64,000 nucleotides of DNA from Eledone cirrhosa (taxonomy: Eukaryota), in NCBI GenBank assembly GCA_964016885.1, contig OZ024741.1:154938001-155002000 (forward strand). Direction: 5' to 3'. How positions within the stretch are numbered: position 1 is the stretch's first letter; every line of letters begins with the position of its first letter. The notes under the pieces are model-generated. The model saw only the letters and a program-made list of their open reading frames with translations. It was not told the origin of the DNA and did no database searches. The position numbers and the translations under genes were made by a program. This document shows positions 13,229 to 25,243 of this stretch, one piece after another.

Positions 13229-13460
13229 TCAGATGTGTGATGCTCGGATATGGCTTTTGAAGCCTTCTAGAGACTTACACTCCTTCACACATTGACGACA
13301 ACTATGGATCTTCCTGCTCTCAGGTCTTGCATCATGTTGGCTGTGTACCGTCACAATACCATGGAGATCATAGTTCACTGGTTCTCTCTGAACATGGCTG
13401 TGACTGTGGCTCCTGAGACCAGATTTGCTCAAGCAAATTTTTCCTCACTCAGGGCACACC
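13229..13460 (-). mobile_element. Tandem C2H2 zinc-finger remnant, probably the C-terminus of a BovB-like RTE LINE
   Basis: CPE*GK.C.SKSGLRSHSHSH and [24 protein letters not shown], followed by a stop. Confidence 0.5.
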
Positions 13461-14130
13461 AATTCAATGGATACACCAATGGTTTCGAGAGATATAGAGC
13501 ATTGCTTATATATACATACATACAAACATACATATATACATATATATGCTCTCTTCAAGACCATTCCCGCTTACTTTCCCCTTGCCCCCACGTCCTTGAT
13601 TCCCTCTTCCTCATCCAACCCAGGCCAGAATGGAAAGATAGATGCATTCTTCAATGTACTGCTAGATGTCACTCATTCTTTTGAAGGCCGCTCTCACAAT
13701 CCAATGCTTACAATCTCTTCCATCTCCCATTGTGGGATTACTTGGTCCCTTGCCAAGCAATATGTACTTTGCCCCCACTCCAATTATTGCCTTTCCTGGC
13801 CTATATTATACTGGGAACGTTTTATCATGGCACCAACACTGGTCATCAGCTCTTGAAATAGACTTACAGTTTCAACTCCTGCGACAGTACTACTGGTCTA
13901 TTTGGAATCACAATGTCTGACAAGATAGTTAAACACTGTTCTAAAGTATTTTAAGATAAAAGAAATGGGAAGAAAACACACACACACTAGCAATATATAT
14001 ATATATATATATATGCCTATACATATACCGTCTCTGCCCACATACCACAACAAAAATATATCGTTTATGTATTTCCGTAGAAAAGGTAAAGGAAAGAAGA
14101 GTGCTCTATGTATAGTACAGAGCTATTTAA

Positions 14131-14328
14131 TTACATAATAAGCAACACAATATAATTATTCCATTACCAAAGGTTTCAGGAAACTAGACGATCCTAACAG
14201 AAACGTCCAGTACGCTCATCAGATTAAATATTTCATCTGATGAGCATCCTGGATGTTTCTGTTAGGATCGTCTAGTTTCCTGAAACCTTTGGTAATGGAA
14301 TAATTATATTGTGTTGTTTATTATGTAA
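14131..14328. repeat. Near-perfect palindrome (about 94-bp arms, 10-nt loop) containing an HHR
   Basis: 14131-14224 is the reverse complement of 14235-14328 with a few mismatches. Confidence 0.9.
14229..14302 (+). ncRNA. Type I hammerhead ribozyme motif with extended stem II
   Basis: Stem I TATTTCAT/ATGGAATA, CTGATGA, stem II CTGGATG..CGTCTAG, GAAA, stem III CC-TTT-GG, UA cleavage site after 14294. Confidence 0.7.
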
Positions 14329-14503
14329 ATATATATATACATGTAATAAATGTAATCCGAGTTTTTCGAATATTGATAATAATATTCGATTCGTTTGCAA
14401 TTATGCAAACAGCCTCTTTTAAGCCATGTCAGTAGAATGAGCCCATCATTCTTGCTCTTGTGTTGGCATGTAAACAGTTAGTAGTTATTATATATATATA
14501 TAT

Positions 14504-16113
14504 ATCATCATCATCATCATCATCATCATCGTTTAACGTCCATGTTCCATGCTTGCATGGGTTTGGACGGGAGTTTTCCCACTTGAGGCAAGAGTGGTTG
14601 TCTTGCTCGCATAGGACTGTCTGGCGGGTTTTCTACAGTTGGATGCCCTTCCTAACACCAACCACATTTACAGTGTGGAGCTGGGAGGTTTTTACCGTGT
14701 TGCCTACACGGCCACATTACAGCGTGGACTGTGTGTTTTTTGTCGTGACACCTACACGATCTCATTTGTTTCGGCCTAGATGTTGTGGCACCAACATAAC
14801 TTTACATTGAAAGGGGCGGTGTGGATGGGGTGGGGCTGGTGGGACGGGGGTGTATTTTGTTAGAGATGCCTACTGACTAGTAGGTTTTACTTTGTATTTA
14901 GGCAAGGCGGGTCTTCTCTATTACTGAGTACCGCCAAAGATCTCGGTCCAGTGACATTGTCTTGGAGAGGTGTAAGTGTGTAAGGTCGGAATTTATCAGG
15001 TCGTCCCAGGTTTTTCTGGGTCTGCCTACTCCGTGGCTACCGTCTATCTTTATTGCCCTGCACTTTTTTATACAGCTGTCGTCTTTCATGCGCATCACGT
15101 GACCATACCAACGTAGCCTTCTCTCGAGTAAACATATTTCTAATTTTTCCCTTAGTTCGTTTATGCTTTGCCGCTCACGTATATTACTATTACACATCCA
15201 GCGGAGCATGCAAGCTTCGTTCCTCTCTAGTCTGCATATATCCTCTGCACACAATGCCCAGGTCTCACTGCCATGCAACATTGCTGTTCGTATGCAGGCA
15301 TCATACAACCTGCCTTTCATTTTTAGGGAGAACCCTTTAGCGGCTAATAGTGGTATAAGCTCTCTGAACTTTTTCCATCCAGTTCTGACTCTAGCTACTG
15401 TACTTTCAGAGCACCCTCCCCCACTGCTGATTTTGTCACCCAGGTAACGGAAGCTGTCCACTATTTCTATAGAACCCTCTGCGCAATTGAAAGAGCTAGT
15501 ATTTTGTGGGCACTTGCTGCTACTTATTGCACCAGAGCACCGGCCACATATAAAATCTATGTTCTTAGTTAGCTTACCTGTGATCCCACTACATCTTTTA
15601 TGCACCCATACTTTGCATTTGGGACATAAAATGGAGTTTCTACCTACGCCTTTCTTACACACTGAGCATGGCCATTTCTCGGAAGGGACTGGCGCCTTAT
15701 TTTCTTTCCTACAAACTAGTACTTTAGTCTTAGCCAGGTTAATTTTAAGGCGTTTGATTCTAGGCCGTGCTTCCATGTTTGGAATTTCTTCTCTAGCTCG
15801 GCCATTGATTCAGCTATGAGCGTTAGATCATCTGCGTATAGGAGTTCCCATGGGGAGCCGGTCTTGAACTCCACTGTTATAGCCTGAAGGGCAATAATAA
15901 ATAGTAGGGGGCTCAGAACAGAGCCCTGATGTACACCAACTTTTACACTAAACTCTTCACTATATTCGTTGTTAATTCTAACCTTGCTGACTGTTTCTTT
16001 ATACATGGCTTGTATAGCTCTCACAAGCCATTCGTCAGCACCTAGTTTTCTAAGAGCCCACCAGATAATGGAACAGGGACTCTGTCGAAGGCTTTCTCCA
16101 AGTCGACAAAAGC
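14504..16113 (-). mobile_element. 5'-truncated RTE LINE with PHD insertion, subfamily 1
   Basis: ORFs 14898-15776 and 15716-16210 (AFVDLEKAFD, LLYADDL, PHD, RWYGHVMR); (CAT)n tail at 14504-14530. Confidence 0.95.
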
Positions 16114-16152
16114 TATATATATAAATATATATAAATATATATATATATATAT

Positions 16153-16197
<45 letters not shown>

Positions 16198-16199
16198 AA

Positions 16200-16420
16200 C
16201 AGATTTCCAAAAGATGGAAACATGAATGGACCTGTTATTTTTCCATTTCCACCCTACTCGTCTCCATAATGTTTCTATCAATTTTTCATTCTATTTTCTG
16301 ATGAAGGATTAGTGTCCGAAACGTTAAGACCCTTTTCCCACTATATCAAGCATAAAACTAATAATATATTTCTTCATTGTTTTGTTTTCTTGCTTTGTTA
16401 TTTCTGTTTGCCTTTTGCAT
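16200..16420 (+). mobile_element. HHR-bearing short element family B, best-preserved copy
   Basis: Lies between (CA)n and (TG)n tracts; homologous to 9030-9240, 21971-22066 (-) and 51520-51720. Confidence 0.7.
16294..16329 (+). ncRNA. Minimal type I hammerhead ribozyme motif
   Basis: TTTT CTGATGA A GGA-TTAGTG-TCC GAAAC GT T AAGA: intact core, palindromic ACGT stem III. Confidence 0.75.
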
Positions 16421-17145
16421 ATATGTGTGTGTGTGTGTGTGTATGCGTGTGTGTGTGTCTGTCTGTGTACATACACACACACATAAACATCTCTGTACCA
16501 AAATGTGTGTGGTTATTCTAATTTCTAATTTTCAATTTTCAATTTGTATGTATTTATATATTGTAAAATATGAGATGATTTAATGGAAGAGGTTGTTTGT
16601 GGTAGGTTGGTGTTGCAGGTTTATTTGTTTGTTATTTTTATTTAATCAATTTAAGTATCCATCTAGAGCTGGTAAGCCATGACAGAGTGGTAAAGGTAGC
16701 TAATACTCCTTATAATTAAGAAACGGGAGGGAGTGAGATAGAAGAGACACAAAAATAAGATAAAGATGAAAAACAAGGAGGGTTAAATGAAATGTTTATT
16801 CTTAATACATGTGTTTCACTCAGAAAGTTGGCTTAAAAACCATTGATAATTACATAAATATAAAAAAGAAAGATAAAAACAGAATTAAGTAACGAGAAAT
16901 CTTTTCATAGTTTCCATGTACTGGAAGACCTTACTAAATGGTTGGTAGATTCTTGACAATATATTGCACCTCCAGTGTGTAACTCAGTCTTGTTTTGGAA
17001 ATGGTAGATTAGTTTTATTTTTGTGTTGATTTGGGTGATATATGAGGTATATACATGTGTGTGTGTATGTGTGCGTGCGTGCATGTGTGTGTTTATATCC
17101 CCTAATCGATCAGGTCACAGATATTGATAAAATAGTTACCATACT

Positions 17146-17372
17146 TTAAACCTTTAGCATTTACATTACTCTATATTTACTATTGTATTTTCACGGTAAA
17201 GGCTTTACCTCACATAATATCTCACATAATATCAAATCTATGAGATTTTGATATTATTTATTTTGAGAACAATACCTTAACATCAGTATGAGCGGCCGAT
17301 TACAGCCAGTTTGAACAGAAAGTGGTGAGAGAATTCTGGCAGGATACGGCTGATTTAAATGCTAAAAGGTAA
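17146..17372. mobile_element. piggyBac-type (TTAA) MITE
   Basis: Imperfect TIRs TTAAACCTTTAGCATTTA ... TAAATGCTAAAAGGTAAA. Confidence 0.6.
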
Positions 17373-17959
17373 AATAAAAAATCTTGAGCTAATAACTTGT
17401 CTACCATTGGAATCAAGGCTGGTTGACATTAGTGATTGCTGTGCATGGGTGGCCCCAATGATGCTGTAGGTAAACTGGTTGGAGGTGACTCAACCTATTC
17501 TGGGTGAATGCCAACAAAAATACAAATACAATATGGCTGACTATACCCCATGATGGAAGTACCCCAATATGATTGAAACCAGTAAAAGCATAAAGGAATA
17601 ACACTTCTGCATACACATACACACACATACACATATATAAACACTTACACACACACATATATATATATATATATACATGCACACACACACATACAAACAC
17701 ACACACATACACACATACACATACATACACATACATACACATACACACACACCTATATATATATATGTATACACATACACACATACATACATATGCACAT
17801 ACATACATATGCACATACACACTTATGATCACATATATGCACAGATACACATGCATACATACATCACACACACACACACCACACACACCATACACTGACT
17901 TACACATTCTTCTGCAAAGTTTCTAAGACTTCTTGTTTAGCTTTTACTGTTGTTGACAA

Positions 17960-18093
17960 TAGCAGCTACTACTACTACTACTACTGCTGCTGTTGCTACT
18001 GCTGCTTCTACTACTGCTGCTGCTTCTACTACTGCTGTTGCTTCTACTACTGCTGCTATTACTACTGCTGCCTCCACCACCACCACCACCACC

Positions 18094-18146
<53 letters not shown>

Positions 18147-18270
18147 TACCACTACTACTACTACTGCTGCTGTTGCTACTGCTGCTTCTGCTATTGCTGC
18201 TGCTTCTACTACTGCTGTTGCTTCTACTACTGCTGCTATTACTACTGCTGCTGCCACCACCACCACCACC

Positions 18271-18325
<55 letters not shown>

Positions 18326-18450
18326 TTACTACTACTTCAACAACAACAACAACAACAACAGCAGCAGCAGCAGTGTTAGAAGTAGCAGTAACAGCCTCAG
18401 CAGCAGCAGTAGTAACAACAATACCAGCACTGTCAGCAGCAGCAGTACCA
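17960..18450. repeat. Compound trinucleotide repeat (CTA/CTG/CCA/CAA/CAG) with an internal duplication of about 180 bp
   Basis: The 17975-18070 block recurs at 18155-18250. Confidence 0.9.
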
Positions 18451-18610
18451 AGTCATTAATATTTCAGTCTGTACATTGAGTCTTGACTAGTAGCATAGTA
18501 TGGCAAAAGTTCCTTGCAAGACATAACACTGCTACTAAAAGAAAACAATAACAATAACAATAACAGCACCACAGTAACGACGGCAACAACCACAACAAAC
18601 ATACACAAAC

Positions 18611-18652
<42 letters not shown>

Positions 18653-18839
18653 CTACATAGTAATAATAATTGTTTCTACTTTTGGCACAAGGCCAGCAAA
18701 ATACCCAGTGTATTACTGGTACTTTATTTTATCGACCCCGTAAGGATATAAATGTGAAAACTAAAATCCAAAGAGGGCTCGATAAGGATAAATATATATA
18801 TATCAAGAACCCAAGAGCAAACTATATATACACACACAC

Positions 18840-19150
18840 ACACACACACATATTGTATATATATATATACACACACTCATATATTGTATATATATACACA
18901 TACAGATATATATATATATATACACACATACACACAGAGACACACATATTGTATATATATATACACACACTCATATATTGTATATATATACACATACAGA
19001 TATATATATATATATACACACATACACACAGAGACACACATATTGTATATATATATACACACACACTCATATATTGTATATATATATACACATACAGATA
19101 TATATATATATACACACATACACACAGAGACACACATACATATATATATA
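18840..19150. repeat. Higher-order minisatellite (about 90-bp unit x3) built from TA/CA repeats
   Basis: CACACTCATATATTG..CACATACAGATAT..CACACAGAGACACACATA repeated three times. Confidence 0.85.
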
Positions 19151-19229
19151 TAAGCTGGGAGTTGTGTGGGTCTTTGAGGTAGTGGAGAAGTTTTGTGTGT
19201 GTATTTGAGGTGTTGGCGGTGGTAAGTTA

Positions 19230-19268
<39 letters not shown>

Positions 19269-19494
19269 TAAAGTAAAATACTGTAAAGTAATATAAAGAC
19301 TGTCAGTGGTGGTGGTGGCCACCAATGGATCGTATTTCTGTTTCTCGGTTCTCATTCCGACGTAAGGGAAGTTTCCGCAAGGACAAAGAGAAAGATAAAG
19401 AAAAAGAGAAAGAGAAGGTGACAACAGGACCTCTGTGCCAGTTTAATTTCTCTATTCTCTCATATCTCAGGTAGGTGTAAATATGATTTACTTA

Positions 19495-19612
19495 AACATA
19501 TATATATATATATATATATATATTGTATAATATAATACCTATACACACACATACATACATACATACATATATATATATATACACACATACATATATATAT
19601 ATACACACACAT

Positions 19613-19683
<71 letters not shown>

Positions 19684-19708
19684 TACATATATATATATAT
19701 ACACACAT

Positions 19709-19761
<53 letters not shown>

Positions 19762-19784
19762 TACATATATATATATACACACAT

Positions 19785-19852
<68 letters not shown>

Positions 19853-19896
19853 ATATATATATATACACACATACATATATATATATATACACACAT

Positions 19897-19958
<62 letters not shown>

Positions 19959-20014
19959 ATATATATATATACACACACACATACACACACATACATATAT
20001 ATATATACACACAT

Positions 20015-20070
<56 letters not shown>

Positions 20071-20082
20071 ATATATATATAT
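19495..20082. repeat. Compound (TA)n/(CA)n microsatellite
   Basis: Direct reading. Confidence 0.95.
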
Positions 20083-20154
20083 AAGCTGGGAGTTGTGTGG
20101 TCTTTGAGGCAGTGGAGAAGAGAAAGAAATATACATATATATAATATATAATAT

Positions 20155-20343
20155 AATTGTTTCTACTTTTGGCACAAGGCCAGCAATTATACCAGTGCAT
20201 TACTGGTACTTTATTTTATCGACCCCGTAAGGATGAAAGGCAAAGTTAACCTCGGCGGGATTTGAACTCAGATCATAAAGGGAGGTAACTCTATGCTTCA
20301 AAGCATGGCGCCCGACCCTCTACCGATACTGCCAATCCACCAC
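20155..20343 (-). mobile_element. SINE family A, young copy
   Basis: Near-consensus reverse complement. Confidence 0.9.
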
Positions 20344-20380
20344 TCTATATATATTGTATAATATAATACATGTATTTAAC

Positions 20381-20458
<78 letters not shown>

Positions 20459-20597
20459 CATCATCATCATCATCATCATCATCACCGTTTTACGTCCGTT
20501 CTTCCACGCTAGCATGGGTTAGACGGGTTGTCCTGTTGTGGGCAGTGTCTGGTCAGCTGACCATGCCTTGCTCATACAGGAACTGTATATATATATA

Positions 20598-20887
20598 TAT
20601 AAAGAAAAATAGATGAAATCGAAAATGCAACTGGAGTCTTATTTAAAAAAAAAAAATATATATATATTTATTTGGTTCCTTTACCGGTTTCGCAGTTCTT
20701 CTGCTTTTCAAAAGGTGAGTTGAGATGGAGGGTCTGTGAGAAAAACCACAGACCCTCCATCTCAACTCACCTTTTGAAAAGCAGAAGAACTGCGAAACCG
20801 GTAAAGGAACCAAATAAATATATATATTTAAAAAAAAAAAAAATAAGACTCCAGTTGCATTTTCGATTTCATCTCTTTTTCTTTATA
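20598..20887. repeat. Palindrome (about 140-bp arms, 8-nt loop) carrying an HHR in each arm
   Basis: Arms are reverse-complementary except for the poly-A run; loop at 20739-20746. Confidence 0.9.
20770..20807 (+). ncRNA. Minimal type I HHR with U3-A8 compensatory core (mirror copy 20678-20715 on -)
   Basis: CCTT TTGAAAA GCAG-AAGAA-CTGC GAAA CCGG TA AAGG. Confidence 0.75.
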
Positions 20888-20942
20888 CTTTCACTCGTGT
20901 AGGACACCTCGGTTATTTTTCATTTTGTAAAAAAAACCTCAC

Positions 20943-21005
<63 letters not shown>

Positions 21006-21009
<4 letters not shown>

Positions 21010-21152
21010 GGTTACACAACAGTTAGTTCACCATTCCGAGAACAATTGTTTCACCTTAGCGGATCTTCAGGTCGGAAAGTTTCCGAGCTGAAGATCCGCT
21101 AAGGTGAAACAATTGTTCTCTGTATGGTGAACTAACTGTTGTGTAACCACTT
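21006..21152. repeat. Palindrome (about 72-bp arms) carrying an HHR, inserted in (TA)n
   Basis: AAGTGGTTACAC..GTGTAACCACTT, centre near 21079. Confidence 0.9.
21083..21122 (+). ncRNA. Minimal type I HHR motif
   Basis: CCGAG CTGAAGA TCC-GCTAA-GGT GAAAC AATT GT T CTCTG; the mirror arm gives CTCGG for stem I. Confidence 0.7.
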
Positions 21153-21679
21153 CTACCTAACTCGTCCTTTGGACTGAGTGCTCTACTACTACGGATATTA
21201 CCTTCCAGTGTTCCACCACTATATATATATATATATATATATATATGGTGTCATGAATAAATTCTTTTATTCTTTTACTTGTTGAAGTTAGTAAGCTCTG
21301 GCCACCTTGATTTAGTCAATTATATCAACCCCAGTACTTATTTTTTAAGTCTGGTACCTATTTAATTAACCTTGTTTTTGTCAATCCTCTAAGTTACAAA
21401 ACATAACGAGAGACACTACAAACATCAACATACATGCCTGCCCCGCCTCACTCACACTTAATTTATAATATATATACTGTATATATATATATATAAATAA
21501 TATTATAAGTAATATTATTAATATATACATATATAGTAATAAGAATATTTATATGTATATAATAAAATTTATGTTTAATACAACTATAAATATGGAGGGT
21601 AGTACTAAGTACTAGCCGGTTACCAGTATGACAAAAGGCTCAATGCAAATTTTCAAGTGTTTTACAAAGCCGAGATACA

Positions 21680-21761
<82 letters not shown>

Positions 21762-21803
21762 CAAAGTGTTAAAACGATCAAATTTTAGTTTAGAACATTT
21801 ATT

Positions 21804-21849
21804 TGCTGACATTTGTTTCTTCCAGAGGGAAGTCTGGAATCATCGGAGC

Positions 21850-21850
<1 letters not shown>
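21804..21850 (-). ncRNA. Type I HHR motif with CCGAUGA core
   Basis: Minus strand: TGCT CCGATGA TTCCAGA-CTTCCC-TCTGGAA GAAAC AAAT GTC AGCA. Confidence 0.75.
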
Positions 21851-21880
<30 letters not shown>

Positions 21881-21970
21881 TTAGCTCTGTTACTTACATA
21901 GAGCACTCTTCATTCCTTTTGCTTTTTCCACGGAAACTTCAACACATATATACATATACATATATATTTA

Positions 21971-22066
21971 AAAGGTAAACAGAAATAATAACACAATCAG
22001 TACAGTATATGGAAGGAATATATTAGGTTAACTCTTGAAATAACAGGAAGAGGGTCTTAACATTTA
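21971..22066 (-). mobile_element. Family B element 3' portion, truncated within the HHR
   Basis: Minus strand AAATGTTAAGACCCTCTTCCTG..TATTTCTGTTTACCTTT matches 16320-16415 and 9143-9237. Confidence 0.65.
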
Positions 22067-22092
22067 TATATGTGTGTATATATATATATATA

Positions 22093-23848
22093 TGAAATGC
22101 AGTTCGGGTTTGTGTCAGGCAAAAGTACCACAGACGCTCTTTTCATTGTACGACAACTACAGGAGAAGTACCTAGCTAAAGGTAAACCCCTCTACTTAGC
22201 TTTTGTCGACTTGGAAAAAGCCTTCGACAGAGTCCCCCGCTCCATTATCTGGTGGGCTCTTAGAAAACTAGGGGTTGACGAATGGCTTGTGAGAGCTATA
22301 CAAGCCATGTATAAAGAAACAGTCAGCAAGGTTAGAATTAACAACGAATATAGTGAAGAGTTTAGCGTAAAAGTTGGCGTCCATCAGGGCTCTGTTCTCA
22401 GCCCCCAACTATTTATTATTGCCCTTCAGGCTATAACAGAGGAGTTCAAGACCGGCTGCCCATGGGAACTCCTATACGCAGACGACCTGACACTCATAGC
22501 GGAATCAATGGCCGAGCTAGAGAAGAAATTCCAAACATGGAAGCACGGCCTAGAATCAAAAGGACTTAAAATCAACCTGGCTAAGACTAAAGTTCTAGTT
22601 TGTAGGAAAGAAAATAAGGCGGCGGTCCCTTCTGGGAAATGGTCGTGCTCGGTGTGTAGGAAAGGCATAGGTAGAAACTCCATTTTATGTCCTAAATGCA
22701 AAGTATGGGTGCATAAATGATGTAATGGGATCACAGGTAAGCTAACTAAGAACATAGATTTTACATGTGGCCGGTGCTCTGGTGCAATAAGTAGCAGCAA
22801 GTGCACACAAAATACTAGCTCTTTCAATTGCGCAGAGGGTTCTATAGAAATAGTGGACAGCTTCCGTTACCTGGGTGACAAAATCAGCAGTGGGGGAGGG
22901 TGCTCTGAAAGTACAGTAGCTAGAGTCAGAACTGGTTGGAAAAAGTTCAGAGAGCTTATACCACTATTAGCTGCTAAAGGGTTCTCCCTGAAATTGAAAG
23001 GCAGGTTGTACGATGCCTGCATACGAACAGCAATGTTGCATGGCAGTGAGACCTGGGCATTGTGTGCAGAGGATATACGCAGACTAGAGAGGAATGAAGC
23101 TTGCATGCTCGGCTGGATGTGTAACAGTAATATACGTGAACGGCAAAGCATAAACGAACTAAGGAAAAAATTAGAAATAAGAGGGATCAGATGTTGTTTA
23201 CTCGAGAGAAGGCTACGTTGGTATGGACACGTGATGCGCATGAAAGTCGATAGCTGTATAACAAAGTGCAGGGCAATAAAGATAGACGGTAGCCACGGAA
23301 TAGGCAGACCTAGAAAAACCTGGGACGAGCTGATAAACTCCGACCTCACACACTTACACCTCTCCAAGACAATGTCACTGGACCGAGACCTTTGGCGGTA
23401 CTCAGTAACAGAGAAGACCCGCCTTACCTAAATACATAGTAAAACCTACTACAGCCAGTAGGCATCTCTAACAAAATACCCCCCCCCCCACCCTCCCACC
23501 CCCACCCCCTCCCACCCCCCCACCCCATCCACACCACCCCGTTCTATGTAAAGTTATGTTGGTGCCACACCATCCAGGCCGAAACAAATGAGATCGTGTA
23601 GGTGTCACGACAAAAAAACACACAGTCCACGCTGTAATGTGGCCGTGTAGGCAACACGGTAAAAACCTCCCAGACCCACACTGTAAATGTGGTTGGTGTT
23701 AGGAAGGGCATCCAACTGTAGAAAACCTGCCAGACAGTCCTATGCGAGCAAGACAATCACTCTTGCCTCAAGTGGGACTACCCCCATCCAAACCCATGCA
23801 AGCGTGGAACACGGACGTTAAACGTTGATGATGATGATGATGATGATA
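22093..23848 (+). mobile_element. 5'-truncated RTE LINE with PHD insertion, subfamily 1
   Basis: ORFs 22070-22720 and 22853-23431 (EMQFGF, DLEKAFD, YADD, PHD with one stop, RWYGH); 3'UTR and (GAT)n tail. Confidence 0.95.
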
Positions 23849-23923
23849 TATATATATATATAAACGGAAAAAATGAAACGAAATTTCTTTTCCCACTCTT
23901 AGTACGGATGTTACGTGTACATA

Positions 23924-23958
<35 letters not shown>

Positions 23959-24167
23959 ATAAATAGCTGTCAAAACGGCTTGAGCTCTGCCGTCGGGGTC
24001 CTGACTATTTTCCTATATATATAAATATATCGTTTCGCTATTGATCAGGCTTTCAAAGCCCTAAGAGGTTCATTCTGTCATTACCACTACAGAAGTTGAT
24101 TCTAGAATCGGTATAGATCGATACAGATTTAACCTTGAGCTGATCAATAGCGAAGCAGGCATCACTA

Positions 24168-24441
24168 CTCATCATCATCATCATCATCAACGTTTAACGT
24201 CCGTGTTCCACGCTTGCATGGGTTTGGACGGGGGTTTTCCCACTTGAGGCAAGAGTGATTATCTTGCTCGCATAGGACTATCTGGCGGGTTTTCTACAGC
24301 TGGATGCCCTTCCTAACACCAACCACATTTACAGTGTGGGGCTGGGAGGTTTTTACCGTGTTACCTACACGGCCACATTACAGCGTGAACTGTGTGTTTT
24401 TTTGTCGTGACACCTACACGATCTCATTTGTTTCGGCCTGG
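24168..24441 (-). mobile_element. RTE subfamily 1 3'UTR-only fragment
   Basis: Matches 14520-14780; (CAT)n tail. Confidence 0.9.
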
Positions 24442-24545
24442 ATTACACTCTGCTTAGTACTACACCTCTATACTTACTGGAAGCAATGCATTGAGTGCTC
24501 ACTCTGGTGAACCTACAGTAACTGGACATTACGATCCCTAAATAC

Positions 24546-24619
<74 letters not shown>

Positions 24620-24624
<5 letters not shown>

Positions 24625-25005
24625 CAATAGGCTTCTGTAGTTTCCTTCCATCCAATTCTAATCATAAGGCATAGGTCAATCCGAGGCCAAAGTAGAAGAC
24701 AGTTACCTATGGCACCACAAAGCAGAACTGAACCTAGAATCAACTGCTTGTGCAGTGAGTTCCTTAACCACTCAGTCATACATAAAAATATACAGAAAGA
24801 TATGTTTATATGCAAGTTATATATATATATATATATATGTTATTACATATATATGTGTGGTTAATGTGAGTCGACTTTGCAAACACATGGTTTTGGGTTT
24901 AGTCACACTGCATGGCATCTTGGGCATATGCCTCCCACTATCGCCTCAGGCTGATCAATATATTGTAAGTGGAATTCTATAGATGGAAGCTGAAGAAGCC
25001 CATCA

Positions 25006-25010
<5 letters not shown>
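24620..25010. mobile_element. Inverted pair of SINE family C copies (24620-24780 -, 24855-25010 +)
   Basis: tRNA-like head GTGGTTAAG..GGTTCAGT, CORE-like TGGGCA..TGTCTTCTAC, end GATGGAA.CTGAAGAAGCC. Confidence 0.65.
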
Positions 25011-25046
<36 letters not shown>

Positions 25047-25051
<5 letters not shown>

Positions 25052-25243
25052 GAAGGAATTGTGGTAAGGAACCAGATGGACCATAACGCACCAGAGTACT
25101 CAATACTTAGGGTAGTAGAGTGGGTAATGGGAAAAAGTATGACCCCGACGGCAGAGCTCAAGCCGTTTCGACGGCTATTTCTGGACAGTCCAGAAATAGC
25201 CGTCGAAACGGCTTGAGCTCTGCCGTCGGGGTCATACTTTTTC

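Noticed and set aside
16800-16915. Minus-strand GAAAC-ACAT-GTA, resembling an HHR 3' half
   Set aside because: No convincing CTGANGA or stem I partner found
17950-18459. Mucin-like Thr/Ala-rich ORF
   Set aside because: Compound trinucleotide repeat, open in several frames, with no unique coding flank or splice evidence
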